The notes beneath the pieces are model-generated. The model made no database searches. It saw nothing but the letters and a program-made list of their open reading frames with translations, and was not told where the DNA came from. The position numbers were made by a program, and so were the translations under genes. Positions 1 through 9,766 of a stretch of 64,000 nt of DNA are shown in pieces. Each line of letters starts with the position of its first letter. The stretch's first letter is position 1. The stretch lies in the NCBI GenBank assembly GCA_963716365.1, contig OY970307.1, positions 2,969,682 through 3,033,681 of the forward strand, in the 5' to 3' direction. This DNA is from Candidatus Dormiibacterota bacterium (GTDB lineage Bacteria; Chloroflexota; Dormibacteria; Aeolococcales; Aeolococcaceae).

Positions 1-9
1 CCCGCGCCG

Positions 10-477
10 GTGCCGGACCTGCCGCCACAGTTGCGCTCCATCGGCGGCTTCGACCAGTCGTACGACGCGAACAACGCCGAGGGGCTCGCGGAAGTCGCGG
101 CCAACGCCGCGGGCGCGGTGGACCCTGACCTCGACGGGACGACCCAGCTCGCCCCGGTTGCCGTGGCTGCGCTGCACGCCGGTCAGCCCGGTGCTCTGGT
201 CGTGCCGCTCGAAGCACAGCAGACCACCGGCACGGGCACACGGGTCGCGGGACTCGTGTCCTTCTTTGTGGGATGCGGAGACCGCGCGTACTTCGGCTCG
301 GTTGCGGATCTTTCCGCTGTCGGATCCGGCACGACAATCACCTTCCCCACAGTTTCGCCGGCTCAGGCCGGCTCGGAACTGGGCACGACGGCGCCGCAGT
401 TGGTCTATTCAGCCTCCCCGTTCACGCCCGAATGGCGCAATCCACAATCCGGGATGACGATCGCCGCGGGCGAGTGA
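10..477 (+). CDS. Hypothetical protein, probably the C-terminal part of a gene starting upstream of the window
   Basis: Open frame from the window edge to TGA at 475-477 with GC-rich third positions; no recognisable motif. Confidence 0.5.
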   Translation: MPDLPPQLRSIGGFDQSYDANNAEGLAEVAANAAGAVDPDLDGTTQLAPVAVAALHAGQPGALVVPLEAQQTTGTGTRVAGLVSFFVGCGDRAYFGSVADLSAVGSGTTITFPTVSPAQAGSELGTTAPQLVYSASPFTPEWRNPQSGMTIAAGE

Positions 478-508
478 TAGCCGGTCGGCCCATATACTCA
501 ATCGCCCC

Positions 509-3160
509 ATGGACAATCATTTCGACTGGGCCAGCGTGGAGCCGCGCTGGCGCGAACGCTGGCGAGAGCTTGGAGTCGGTCATGCCGACATCAACAGCAC
601 CAAGCCCGTGTATGTCATCGCGCTGCCGCCCCCGAACATCACCGGGGCACTGCACATGGGTCATGCCTCGACGTTCTCCATCCAGGACACGCTCTGCCGG
701 CAGCGGCGGATGCGCGGTTTCGAGGTCGAGTGGTGTCCGGGGACGGACCACGCGGCGATCGCAACCCAGAACGTCATCGAGCGACAGCTCGCCGATGAGG
801 GGACGACCAAGGAAGCGCTCGGCCGGGCAGCGTTCCAGGTTCGAGTCGAGGCCTGGTACGAGGAGTACGGCGGGCGCATCTACGAGCAGATGCGGCGCAT
901 GGGCTATACGTGCGACTGGGACCGGATGCGTTTCACACTCGACGACGCGTACGTGCACAGCATCCGGCTGGTGTTCAAGACGCTGTTCGATGAAGGGCTC
1001 GTGTACCGCGGGCCGCGCATCGTCAACTGGTGCCCGCGCTGCCGCTCGGCCATCAGTGACGAGGAGATCGACTGGCAGGAGCACACCGATCCGCTCTACT
1101 ACCTGAAGTATCCGGTGGTGGAGAACGGCGCGCACATCACCGTCGCAACCGTCCGGCCCGAGACGATGCTCGGCGACACCGGCGTCGCCGTGGCTCCCGG
1201 CGACGCGCGCTACAAGTCGTTGGTGGGGAAGCACGCGACGCTGCCGCTCACCTGGCGTGTCATTCCGATCTTCGAGGATGCCGCGGTGCGGCCGGAGTTC
1301 GGCACGGGCGCGCTCAAGGTGACTCCGGGACACGACGCAACCGATTACGAGATCGGCTCCCGCCACGCCCTGCCGATCATCAACGTCATCGCGCTCGACG
1401 GCACCATGGACGTCCCGTCGTTGCCGCAGTTCCACGGCATGCCCGCGGACCAGGCGCGGATCGCTGTCGCGGACGCGCTGCGCGAGATGGGCGTGCTCGT
1501 GAAAGAGGAGCCGTATCTGCACGAGGTCGGTCACTGCGATCGCTGCGGCACCGTTCTCGAGCCCATCGTCAGCGAGCAGTGGTGGGTCCGTATGCCGTCA
1601 CTGGCGGCGCCTGGCATCGGTGCTGTCGAGAGTGGCGAGATCCGCTTTCATCCGGCGCGCTACACCGACGTGTACCTGAGCTGGATGCGCAACATCAAGG
1701 ACTGGTGCATCAGCCGGCAGATCTGGCTCGGCCATGCCATTCCCGTATCGACATGCGGTAACGGCCATCGCTTCGCATGGATCGATCCACCGACCGAGTG
1801 CGTGGAGTGCGGCGACACTTCGCTGACCAATGACCCGGACGTGCTCGACACCTGGTTCAGCAGCGGTCTCTGGCCGTTCGCGATCTTCGGATGGCCGGAG
1901 CAGACCGCGGAGTTCGAGAAGTTCTACCCGACCGACGCACTGGTGACCGGACGCGACATCATCTTTCTCTGGGTCGCGCGAATGATCATGACGGGCCTCA
2001 AGTTCACGGGTCGCAACCCGTTCACCGACGTCCTCATCACCAGCACGATTCAAGCGGTCGACGGCTCGCGCATGAGCAAGTCGAAGGGCAATGTCATCGA
2101 CCCGCTCGAGCTCATCGACCAGTACGGCGCCGATGCGCTGCGCGCGTGGGCAGGGGCCGTCGGCACGAGCGGTCAGGACATGCGTTTCGACGCGGATCGC
2201 ATCGCCGCGTATCAGCGCTTTGCCAACAAGCTCTGGCAGGTGACGAGCGGCTTTCTCGTCGCGCGCGTGGGCAACGGATCGCCCGCGGAGCTGGATGTGC
2301 ATCCCCCGCGCCCGGACACGCTGCGACCCGAGGACCTATGGATGCTGGGCGAGCTCGCGACGGTGGTCCGCGACTGCGATGCGGGCTTCGAGGCCTTCAG
2401 GTTTCACGACGCCGTCGAGCGTCTCTATGACACGTCGTGGCACACGTTCTGTGACTGGTATATCGAGATGGTCAAGCTCCGCCTCACCGATACCACGGAT
2501 CCGGAGTCGCGCCGCGCTGCGGTATGGACCGCGGTCACCGCGCTCGACGTGCTGCTGCGTCTGCTGCATCCCTTCATGCCGTTCATCACGGAGGAGTGCG
2601 CGCAGTTGCTGCCCAACGCAGCGCCCACGCTGCAGCAGCGCTCGTGGCCCGAGGTGGACGCGCTCTGGACCAACGAGGCGACGACACTCGCGCATCGCGA
2701 GATCGCGGAGGCCATCGAGCTCGTCCAGCGCATCCGTGCCGTTGGCCACGACCACGGCCTGCCCCGCGGTGCGAAGGACCGAGTGGGGATCATCGTCCGC
2801 TCCGACGACGGCACCGGGCCGACGAAGCACATCAGCCGGCTCATCGCCGGTCTGGTGCCGGCGACGGTGGTGGACGCGCACGAGCGTGGGGTTGATCCGC
2901 TGGTCGTGGTTTCGGGTAGGCTCCACGCCGAGGTGGTGATCGCCGACACCGCTGTGGACGCCAGCGCGGCCAGACGTCAGATCGGCACCCTCGAGGCAAC
3001 CGTGACGCGGCTCGAGTCCCAACTCGCGAATCAGGGGTTTGTCGCCGGAGCGCCTCACCACGTCGTCGCCGAGGCACGACGCAGGCTTGCCGAGGCGAAG
3101 GCGCAACTGGATCTGCTGCGCCGCAACCAGTCAGGAGGACCCACCGATGCTGCTCCTTGA
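509..3160 (+). CDS. valS: Valine--tRNA ligase
   Basis: PPPNITGALHMGH (HIGH), DHAAIATQ, DWCISRQIWLGH, DVLDTWFSS, RMSKSKGN (KMSKS), C-terminal coiled-coil arm. Confidence 0.98.
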   Translation: MDNHFDWASVEPRWRERWRELGVGHADINSTKPVYVIALPPPNITGALHMGHASTFSIQDTLCRQRRMRGFEVEWCPGTDHAAIATQNVIERQLADEGTTKEALGRAAFQVRVEAWYEEYGGRIYEQMRRMGYTCDWDRMRFTLDDAYVHSIRLVFKTLFDEGLVYRGPRIVNWCPRCRSAISDEEIDWQEHTDPLYYLKYPVVENGAHITVATVRPETMLGDTGVAVAPGDARYKSLVGKHATLPLTWRVIPIFEDAAVRPEFGTGALKVTPGHDATDYEIGSRHALPIINVIALDGTMDVPSLPQFHGMPADQARIAVADALREMGVLVKEEPYLHEVGHCDRCGTVLEPIVSEQWWVRMPSLAAPGIGAVESGEIRFHPARYTDVYLSWMRNIKDWCISRQIWLGHAIPVSTCGNGHRFAWIDPPTECVECGDTSLTNDPDVLDTWFSSGLWPFAIFGWPEQTAEFEKFYPTDALVTGRDIIFLWVARMIMTGLKFTGRNPFTDVLITSTIQAVDGSRMSKSKGNVIDPLELIDQYGADALRAWAGAVGTSGQDMRFDADRIAAYQRFANKLWQVTSGFLVARVGNGSPAELDVHPPRPDTLRPEDLWMLGELATVVRDCDAGFEAFRFHDAVERLYDTSWHTFCDWYIEMVKLRLTDTTDPESRRAAVWTAVTALDVLLRLLHPFMPFITEECAQLLPNAAPTLQQRSWPEVDALWTNEATTLAHREIAEAIELVQRIRAVGHDHGLPRGAKDRVGIIVRSDDGTGPTKHISRLIAGLVPATVVDAHERGVDPLVVVSGRLHAEVVIADTAVDASAARRQIGTLEATVTRLESQLANQGFVAGAPHHVVAEARRRLAEAKAQLDLLRRNQSGGPTDAAP

Positions 3161-3614
3161 CGTGGGCACGCTGCTCACGCTCGCCATCGTCGTCGTGGTC
3201 GCGTACCTCGCAGTGCTGTGGATCGCGCTCGCCTTCTACGTCGTCCGCGACGCCCGCCGGCGCACGACCTCGCCCGGGTTCACGCTCTTTGCGATGCTCG
3301 TCGGGTTCGTCCCGCCGTTCCTCGGCGCGCTCATCTACTTCATGGTTCGTCCACCGCTGACGATGGAACAGGTGCGGTCGCTCGCCATCGAGGAACAGGT
3401 GCTGCTCGAACCGCCGGTGGAGGGCATCCCGACCCGGCCATGTCCCACGTGCGGCAGGGAGATCGAGCAGGAGTTCATCCTCTGCCCGTACTGCAGAACG
3501 CAGTTCGCGCGACGGTGCACCGGCTGCGACCGAAGCCTCCGGCTCGGCTGGGGGGTCTGTCCGTACTGCGCCACCGAGGTCGGAGCGCCTGCGCTGACCC
3601 GCGCCGGCAGGTAG
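3147..3614 (+). CDS. Membrane-anchored double zinc ribbon protein
   Basis: AGGAGG upstream of ATG 3147; N-terminal TM helices (DARRR...LIYFMVRPP), then CPTC, CPYC, CTGC, CPYC. Confidence 0.85.
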   Translation: MLLLDVGTLLTLAIVVVVAYLAVLWIALAFYVVRDARRRTTSPGFTLFAMLVGFVPPFLGALIYFMVRPPLTMEQVRSLAIEEQVLLEPPVEGIPTRPCPTCGREIEQEFILCPYCRTQFARRCTGCDRSLRLGWGVCPYCATEVGAPALTRAGR

Positions 3615-3621
3615 CGCCACC

Positions 3622-5298
3622 ATGCTGGGCGGTGGGCTCCAGCTGGCGCTCATACCCGCGCCGCTGATCGCCGCCGCGATCATCGTCTTCGCGCTGGCGC
3701 CGCGCCATGCCCGGCTGGGTCGCATCATCGGCGGCATCGGCGGCGTCGCGAGCATCACGCTGCTGGCGGTCGAGACGGGGTTTCTCGGCAGCGGCGGACG
3801 GATCGAGGCCTCCCTCGGAACGCCGGTCACGGGCATCGACTACCTGCTGCGGCTCGATGTCCCTGGCGCAGTGCTCGGCCTTGCGGCGTCCGCCGTGGGT
3901 GTCCTGCTGCTCCTCGATGCCGAACGCCAGACACGCGAGGTGAGCGCGCTTCTTGTGTGCGTCATCGGGGCGCTCGTCGCGGCACTCGCCGGCAACCTCG
4001 TGATGCTCACGGCCGGTGTCGAGATCGCCGGTGTCGGGACGCTGCTGACGACGAGCGCGGCGCGCGGCCGCCCCGGCCGTGGAGGCCTGATGGCGATCGG
4101 GCTTGCGCATCTCGCGTCGATCGGGCTGCTCGTGGCGGCGGTGCAACTGCTCAGCTCGTCCGGGACCACGGATTTCGCGGTCATCCCCGCGGGCGCGGTG
4201 GGGGCGGCCGTCGCGGGGCCGTGGGCCGCCGCAGCTGTCGCGCGCCTGCTCGCGACCGCGTTCGTGCCCGTACGAGGCAACCGCACACCGACGGCTGCCT
4301 GGGCCGCGACCGGAGCGATCCCTTGCGGCGCGATCGTGCTCCTCCGGCTTCGCGAGGTTGTCGACGGACCCCTGCCGCAGGCGATCGCGATCACGCTCGC
4401 CGCCGTCGGGGGCCTGGCCGCCGTCTGGGCGGCAGTGCTGGCGCTTCGCTGGTCATCGGTGCCGAGCGTTGCGGGCAGGGCGCTCTGCGTCATCGCTGCC
4501 GCTCCGGTCGTCGCGCTCGCGGGCGTGGCGAGCGCAGCCGCCGATGCGGCTGTGGCAGCCGGGATCTGCTCGCTAATGCTCGTCGCCTCCCTGACGCCGG
4601 CCTGGGAACGTGTCGCTCGTGGCCGGATCGGCACCGGCCTCGCCGTCGCTGCGCTGGGTATCGCGGGGTCCCTTCCTCTCGGGTTCGGCATCACCGCCCT
4701 GATCCTCGAGTTGGCGGCGACCGTGTCGATCGGCCGTGCCGGAGCCGCGTTGCTCGTCGCGCTGGGACTCGGGGGCCTCCTCGGGGCCGCGGCAGCAGTG
4801 CGGGCAGCGTCGCGGGTCGCCGGGTCACATGGGGCGAACGCTGCCGGCGAGCGGCCGTCGCCCGTTGCCGTCGTGGCCGTGCTCGCGTCCCTCGCGGGTG
4901 CGCTGGTACCGGGCGCCGCGGCGACGACGATCCTTGCCGCGCTCAGCCCGGGAGGGCTCACCGAGCCTGTCGGCGCAGCCGCGATCCGGAGCGCCGCCGG
5001 CGACTGGTCGGGGGGCTACCTGGTGGTCGCATTTGTCGTGATTGCCGCGGGGGTCTGGGCGCTTGCCACGCTGCTGGGCAGCCCTGCGCCCAGCCGGCCC
5101 GCGGTGATCGTCGAGATGGAACCGGTCGGCGTTCAGGCGCTCGGCCTGCGCCCGGCGCGCGCGTTCCGCCCGGCACTGCTCCGTGCAGGTGCGAAGCTGG
5201 GCCAGCTTGACGAGTGGCTGGTCGTGCAGCCCCAGCTCGCACTGGCGCTCGGTGGGGCGATCGTGGCGATCGTCGCCGCCGACTTCCTGGTCCACTGA
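3622..5298 (+). CDS. Degenerate proton-conducting antiporter-like membrane subunit (NuoL/MrpA/HyfB-like)
   Basis: Very hydrophobic 558 aa; LRLD, AGNLVMLTAGVEI (TM5 Glu position), GTTDF, GAIVLLRL, AGSLPLGF echo the antiporter-like module. Confidence 0.6.
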   Translation: MLGGGLQLALIPAPLIAAAIIVFALAPRHARLGRIIGGIGGVASITLLAVETGFLGSGGRIEASLGTPVTGIDYLLRLDVPGAVLGLAASAVGVLLLLDAERQTREVSALLVCVIGALVAALAGNLVMLTAGVEIAGVGTLLTTSAARGRPGRGGLMAIGLAHLASIGLLVAAVQLLSSSGTTDFAVIPAGAVGAAVAGPWAAAAVARLLATAFVPVRGNRTPTAAWAATGAIPCGAIVLLRLREVVDGPLPQAIAITLAAVGGLAAVWAAVLALRWSSVPSVAGRALCVIAAAPVVALAGVASAAADAAVAAGICSLMLVASLTPAWERVARGRIGTGLAVAALGIAGSLPLGFGITALILELAATVSIGRAGAALLVALGLGGLLGAAAAVRAASRVAGSHGANAAGERPSPVAVVAVLASLAGALVPGAAATTILAALSPGGLTEPVGAAAIRSAAGDWSGGYLVVAFVVIAAGVWALATLLGSPAPSRPAVIVEMEPVGVQALGLRPARAFRPALLRAGAKLGQLDEWLVVQPQLALALGGAIVAIVAADFLVH

Positions 5299-5942
5299 TG
5301 GGCGTTTCGGCGCCGCTGCTCTCCGCGGTGGGAGTGCTCGCCGGCGTGGTCGCGATGATGGTGGACGGGCGGCGTGCAGTCGCCATCGCCGTCGTCTTTC
5401 TCGCGGCGGGGATGGCGCCGACTGCCGCGACGTTCGGGGGCGCGCCCGGCGTCGCCGTCCTTGCGGCGTGCGCAGTTGCGGCGGTGGTCTTCGCCTGGGC
5501 GGGTTTCGTTGGGGGACGCCGGCTTCCGTGGGTGGCGGGGCTCGACCCGACCATCCCCGCGTTCGCGCCTCGCGACCGGCTCTTCGGACCGCGGAGCGTC
5601 CGCGCGTTCAGCGCCGCCGTCGCGGTGCCGATCGCCTCGTGGGTGAGCTTCAACATCCCCGTCGGGCAGATCACCACGGCGGTCCAGGGGTTGCTGTTCC
5701 CCACCGCGTACGCCTGGACCTGCGGCGTCATCCGGCTGCTGCTCGCACGGACGGTCGAGGACCTTGCGGTCGGCGTGGCGATGGTCTCGCTCTCGACGGG
5801 CACTGCCTGGCTGCTGCGCAGCGGTTCGGACTCGCTCCCAGGATCCGTCATCGCGTGTGCCGCGACCCCGGTCGCCGCGCTGGTCGCGGGATGGCTTGCG
5901 GGACGCAGCACCCGCCGCCGGCCTGTCGAAGCCGAAGCATGA
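5298..5942 (+). CDS. Polytopic membrane protein (possibly HyfE/NuoJ-K-like)
   Basis: TGATG overlap with the upstream gene; several TM segments; C-terminal LLLARTVEDLAVGVAM is weakly reminiscent of HyfE. Confidence 0.5.
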   Translation: MGVSAPLLSAVGVLAGVVAMMVDGRRAVAIAVVFLAAGMAPTAATFGGAPGVAVLAACAVAAVVFAWAGFVGGRRLPWVAGLDPTIPAFAPRDRLFGPRSVRAFSAAVAVPIASWVSFNIPVGQITTAVQGLLFPTAYAWTCGVIRLLLARTVEDLAVGVAMVSLSTGTAWLLRSGSDSLPGSVIACAATPVAALVAGWLAGRSTRRRPVEAEA

Positions 5943-7183
5943 ATCCGGCCGTCATCGCCGCCGTATGGCTGGCGCTCGGCCTCGTCGCGGCCGTGCTGCT
6001 CCGCCGCCGGACCGCGCGACTGGTCGCCCTCGTCCCCCTCGCCGGCGCCGGGCTGACGCTGCTCGCGACGCGAACGCTCACGCCGGTGGTGCCGCTCGGC
6101 GGGCTCGGCCCCATCACTGGACTTGACCGCGCGGGACAGGGTCTGCTCGTGGCGGCCGGGCTGTCGATGGCGCTCGTGATCGCGCTCCACCCCGCGATCG
6201 ACGTCTCGGTGGCGCGGACGGTCGGGGTCGTCGGAGCGTCGGTCACGCTCGCCCTGGCCAGCGGTGACCCGCTGCTCACCGCCCTGGCGCTGACCGTGGC
6301 GGTCGGCACGCTCGCCCTTCGCTGGATCGGCCAGGCCCCAGGGCGAGCGACGCTGGCGGCGGGACGAGTTGCGGGAAGCGGGACTGCCGCCCTGATCGCC
6401 GCGTCACCGTTTCTGCCGCTCTCGGGCTTCACGACCGGAGCGCGCCCGGTCGTCGTCGGCGGGCTGCTCCTGGCGGGCGTGGCGGCCCTGCTCGCCATCT
6501 ACCCGCTCGGCGGGTGGGCAGCGGGGATGCTCAGCGTGCTCCGACCGCTCGATATCGCACCCTGGATGGTGCTGCTGGTGCCGGCCGTGCTCCTCCTCGC
6601 CGAGCGGATCCCCGAGGGCGTCCTGGGTGACGGGGTACCCGTCTACGAGCACATCCTCCTGGTGGTGGGGCTCGGCAGCGCCGTCTGGGGTGGCTTCTGG
6701 GCGGTGCGCGGACCTGCGCGCACCCGCTACGGCAGGATCTTCATGGCCGATATCGCCCTGAGCATCGCGGCAGTAGGTGGCGCGCACAACTCACCCGCCG
6801 TCACTGGTGCACTGATCATCATGCTCAGCCACCTGACGCTGGCGCCGATCCTGCTCCGGCCGGCCGAAGCAGGTCTCATCTGGCCGCGGCGCGTCGCATG
6901 GGCGCTGCTCAGTGGAGTGCCGCCTTCGCCGTCGTTCTGGGGACGGTTCCTCATTCTCGAAGCGCTCGCCGCCGGCAATGTCGACTCGACGATTGCCGCG
7001 GTGGTGGCGATGACCGGCATCTTCATCGCAACGGTCATGGCCTGCTCGATGCGGTTGGCGAAGCCGCCTGCATCGACATGGCAGGCACGAATCCCGGAAG
7101 CAGGCGCGTGGTTGCTCATTGCGGCGGGCATCGCGATTGGCCTTGCCCCACAATCGTTTTCGGCCTTCGTGTTCGGGAACTGA
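5939..7183 (+). CDS. Degenerate antiporter-like membrane subunit (MrpD/NuoN/HyfF-like)
   Basis: ATGA overlap; LAIYPLGGW (cf. KxxxxPxHxW), SGVPPSPSFWGRFLIL (cf. GxPPxxGFxxK), GLAPQ. Confidence 0.6.
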   Translation: MNPAVIAAVWLALGLVAAVLLRRRTARLVALVPLAGAGLTLLATRTLTPVVPLGGLGPITGLDRAGQGLLVAAGLSMALVIALHPAIDVSVARTVGVVGASVTLALASGDPLLTALALTVAVGTLALRWIGQAPGRATLAAGRVAGSGTAALIAASPFLPLSGFTTGARPVVVGGLLLAGVAALLAIYPLGGWAAGMLSVLRPLDIAPWMVLLVPAVLLLAERIPEGVLGDGVPVYEHILLVVGLGSAVWGGFWAVRGPARTRYGRIFMADIALSIAAVGGAHNSPAVTGALIIMLSHLTLAPILLRPAEAGLIWPRRVAWALLSGVPPSPSFWGRFLILEALAAGNVDSTIAAVVAMTGIFIATVMACSMRLAKPPASTWQARIPEAGAWLLIAAGIAIGLAPQSFSAFVFGN

Positions 7184-7187
7184 CTCG

Positions 7188-7925
7188 ATGGATCCACTCG
7201 GTCTGCTGCTCGACATCGTCGCGGTCGCCGTGTACCCGGGTGGGTTGTTCCTGGTTGTGCTCGCGATGGTCGTGCAGCGCGCCGGCGGTTTGCCGCGCTT
7301 CCGGGAGTTGGACGCGCGCGCGCTCGGCGCGGTCATCGCGGCGACGCTCGCAGCATCCATGGCGTCGCTCCCGGGCTCCCCGGCAGCTTCCCTCCCACCG
7401 CAGGGAGGAGCGACGCCGAACCTTGCGGCAGCGATGCTCCTGCTGTTCGTGGCTGCATCGCTCGCCGCACCGGAGCCGTGGTCGGTCCGGCGGGCGGTGC
7501 TCGGCGGGCTCGGCGGGGCTTCGCTCGTCCTGCTTGGGCTCGTTGCGGCGTCCTTCTCGGTCGCGACCATCGCGGGTGTCGGTGGGGGCGAGGCACTGAC
7601 CGCCCGGATCCTGGCGGCGGCAACCGCATTGATCGTCCTGCCGCTGGTCGTGCAACCCCACAAGCGCGGCGCCGGAGCTGTCGGGCGGATCGCGGTGGTC
7701 GCCGCAACGGCCGAAGTGGTCCTCGCACTCCTCGTGCCGCCGTCGTTGCAATGGCCCGCAACCCTCGTTGCGGTCGGCGCCCTCGTGGGTTGCGTCGCAG
7801 CTTACGGCGTGCTCCTGCGAGCCGCCCGTGCGGCCACCCGTCGTGAGTATCCAGCGCTCGTGGCGCTTGCCATGGCGTGCTGTGCCGCGGCCACTGTGGC
7901 CGCTGTTCTCGCCGCGCGCCCCTAG
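7188..7925 (+). CDS. Polytopic membrane protein (possibly degenerate NuoH/HyfC-like)
   Basis: 4 nt after the upstream stop; hydrophobic; N-terminal VYPGGLF resembles the start of NuoH/HyfC/MbhM-type subunits. Confidence 0.45.
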   Translation: MDPLGLLLDIVAVAVYPGGLFLVVLAMVVQRAGGLPRFRELDARALGAVIAATLAASMASLPGSPAASLPPQGGATPNLAAAMLLLFVAASLAAPEPWSVRRAVLGGLGGASLVLLGLVAASFSVATIAGVGGGEALTARILAAATALIVLPLVVQPHKRGAGAVGRIAVVAATAEVVLALLVPPSLQWPATLVAVGALVGCVAAYGVLLRAARAATRREYPALVALAMACCAAATVAAVLAARP

Positions 7926-8037
7926 TTGATCTCGCGAATCTGCGCTGTTTGATCAACTCGGGGTCCGGCCTCGGTGCTAGCATGAGTCTCGAGTTGGCGC
8001 AAGATTCTCTGCAGTCTGCTGCGCGCGTGAAATCCGC

Positions 8038-8697
8038 GTGATCGGGATCGTTCTCGCCTCTCAGTCACCTCGCCGTCGCGAGTTGCTGACCCGGGCGGGG
8101 ATTCGCTTCCGCATCATCGAGCCGCCCGACGACGTCTCTCTCCCAGCCGGTGTCAGTGCCGAGCTCGCCGTGCAGCTCGTCGCTCGCCAGAAGGCCGTCG
8201 CCGTTGCGAAGGTCGTCCCCTCCGGGACGTACATCCTCAGCGCCGACACGATCGTCGTCGGCCCCAGGGGCCCGCTCGGCAAGCCGAAGACCCCCGAGCT
8301 GGCGCGCGAGATGCTCAACGATCTGCGCGGCAAGCGCCACACGGTCCTCACCGGCGTCTGCGCGATGTGCACGGGCGGCGAGCAGGAAGCGTTGGGCGTC
8401 AGCCGCTCCGCCGTGAAGTTCTGCGATTTCACCGACGACGCGCTCGACATGTACGTCGCCTCCGGTGAGCCACTCGACCGTGCGGGCGCCTATGCGATCC
8501 AGGGTGGAGGCTCGGACTTCGTCGAGGCTGTCGCGGGGCGCATCGACACCGTGATCGGCCTCGACGTCGGCCTTGCGCTCCGGCTGCTCGGTGAGATCGG
8601 ATACCCCGATCCGCTGCCGCGGACCACCGACATCAACCTCACGGCCTCCCGGCAGCGGCGCCCGCTGGCGCCGCTTCGCACCGTAACCAGGGTCTGA
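8038..8697 (+). CDS. maf: Maf family nucleotide pyrophosphatase
   Basis: IVLASQSPRRRELL, ADTIV, GKP, EPLDRAGAYAIQG. Confidence 0.95.
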   Translation: MIGIVLASQSPRRRELLTRAGIRFRIIEPPDDVSLPAGVSAELAVQLVARQKAVAVAKVVPSGTYILSADTIVVGPRGPLGKPKTPELAREMLNDLRGKRHTVLTGVCAMCTGGEQEALGVSRSAVKFCDFTDDALDMYVASGEPLDRAGAYAIQGGGSDFVEAVAGRIDTVIGLDVGLALRLLGEIGYPDPLPRTTDINLTASRQRRPLAPLRTVTRV

Positions 8698-8717
8698 CCG
8701 TTTCGCGTTGCAGGCGG

Positions 8718-9650
8718 GTGCGGATCTTAAGGTCGCGACTGGCAGTCGCCGTCGCATTCTCGGTGCTTGCACCCATCGCGCTCATGGCCTCGGCGTGCAG
8801 CAGCGATGTCGCGCAGCTCTCGGTCGTGCTGCGACCTGACTGGGGAAAGGGATCCTTCACGCCCGGCACGACGCCGCCCAACTTCGAGCTCGTGGTGACG
8901 AACCTGGGTCCGGGCAATGCCTCAGGCGTCGTCGTCCACGCAGTGATGCCAAAAACGTTCGAGTTCGCCACGACCAACTCGATCGACACGAACGGCGCCG
9001 CCCGGACCACCCCGGAGGATGCCACTGCGGGAGGCTCGAATCCCGAGTGGGGTGTGTGGTCACTGTCCGCACCGACTTCGCCGAACGGAACCGTCGACTA
9101 CGCGTCGGTCACCATCGACTTCGCGGCCAACATCACGGCACCGCCGAGCACCTATTCCCTGGACGCTCAGGTGGTCGATGACAACTTGACGTCGACTGTG
9201 GAGAGCCAGCCGCTGCAGGTGGAGGTGACCGAGGCGCCCAGGCTCGGCCTCACCGCATCGGTCAGTCCCGGCGCGGTACACCCCGGCGGCCAGGTCACGT
9301 ACCGCGTCAACGTGACGAACGTCGGGAGCGGCATCTCGCCGGATGTCGACGTGCTCGTGACCCTTCCGCCTGCGCTCCAGTTCGTCTCGACGATCATGCC
9401 CTTCGGCGGCAACTCATCGATCGAGCAGTTGGTCCTTCCCGTCAAGGGCTCGGTGCTCGTCTTCTACGGTGGGTTTGAAGTACCGCCGCAAACCTCGCTC
9501 GGACCGGGCAAGCTCGTCATCCAGTTCATCGCCCAATGCATCTCGGACCCGGGCAAAGGCGTCTTTCCGATTCAGGCGCAGGTGACGGACACCGACAACG
9601 ACAGCGTGACCATCACCAATGTCGCGCCCGTGAACATCTTTTCCTCCTAG
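8718..9650 (+). CDS. Lipoprotein with two DUF11-like Ig-type domains
   Basis: Lipobox-like MASAC; repeated VTNLGPGNASGVVV / VTYRVNVTNVGSG..DVLVTLPPALQFVS pattern. Confidence 0.7.
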   Translation: MRILRSRLAVAVAFSVLAPIALMASACSSDVAQLSVVLRPDWGKGSFTPGTTPPNFELVVTNLGPGNASGVVVHAVMPKTFEFATTNSIDTNGAARTTPEDATAGGSNPEWGVWSLSAPTSPNGTVDYASVTIDFAANITAPPSTYSLDAQVVDDNLTSTVESQPLQVEVTEAPRLGLTASVSPGAVHPGGQVTYRVNVTNVGSGISPDVDVLVTLPPALQFVSTIMPFGGNSSIEQLVLPVKGSVLVFYGGFEVPPQTSLGPGKLVIQFIAQCISDPGKGVFPIQAQVTDTDNDSVTITNVAPVNIFSS

Positions 9651-9766
9651 GCATTTCGAGTTCATTCCGGGCCCGTCCCTGACCGCACGTGGTAATCTCG
9701 CGTATCGCGTCCGGTACCTGCCGGCGTTCCTCAGCGGAGTGAACCCGCTCCCGGCGAGAGAGGCAT

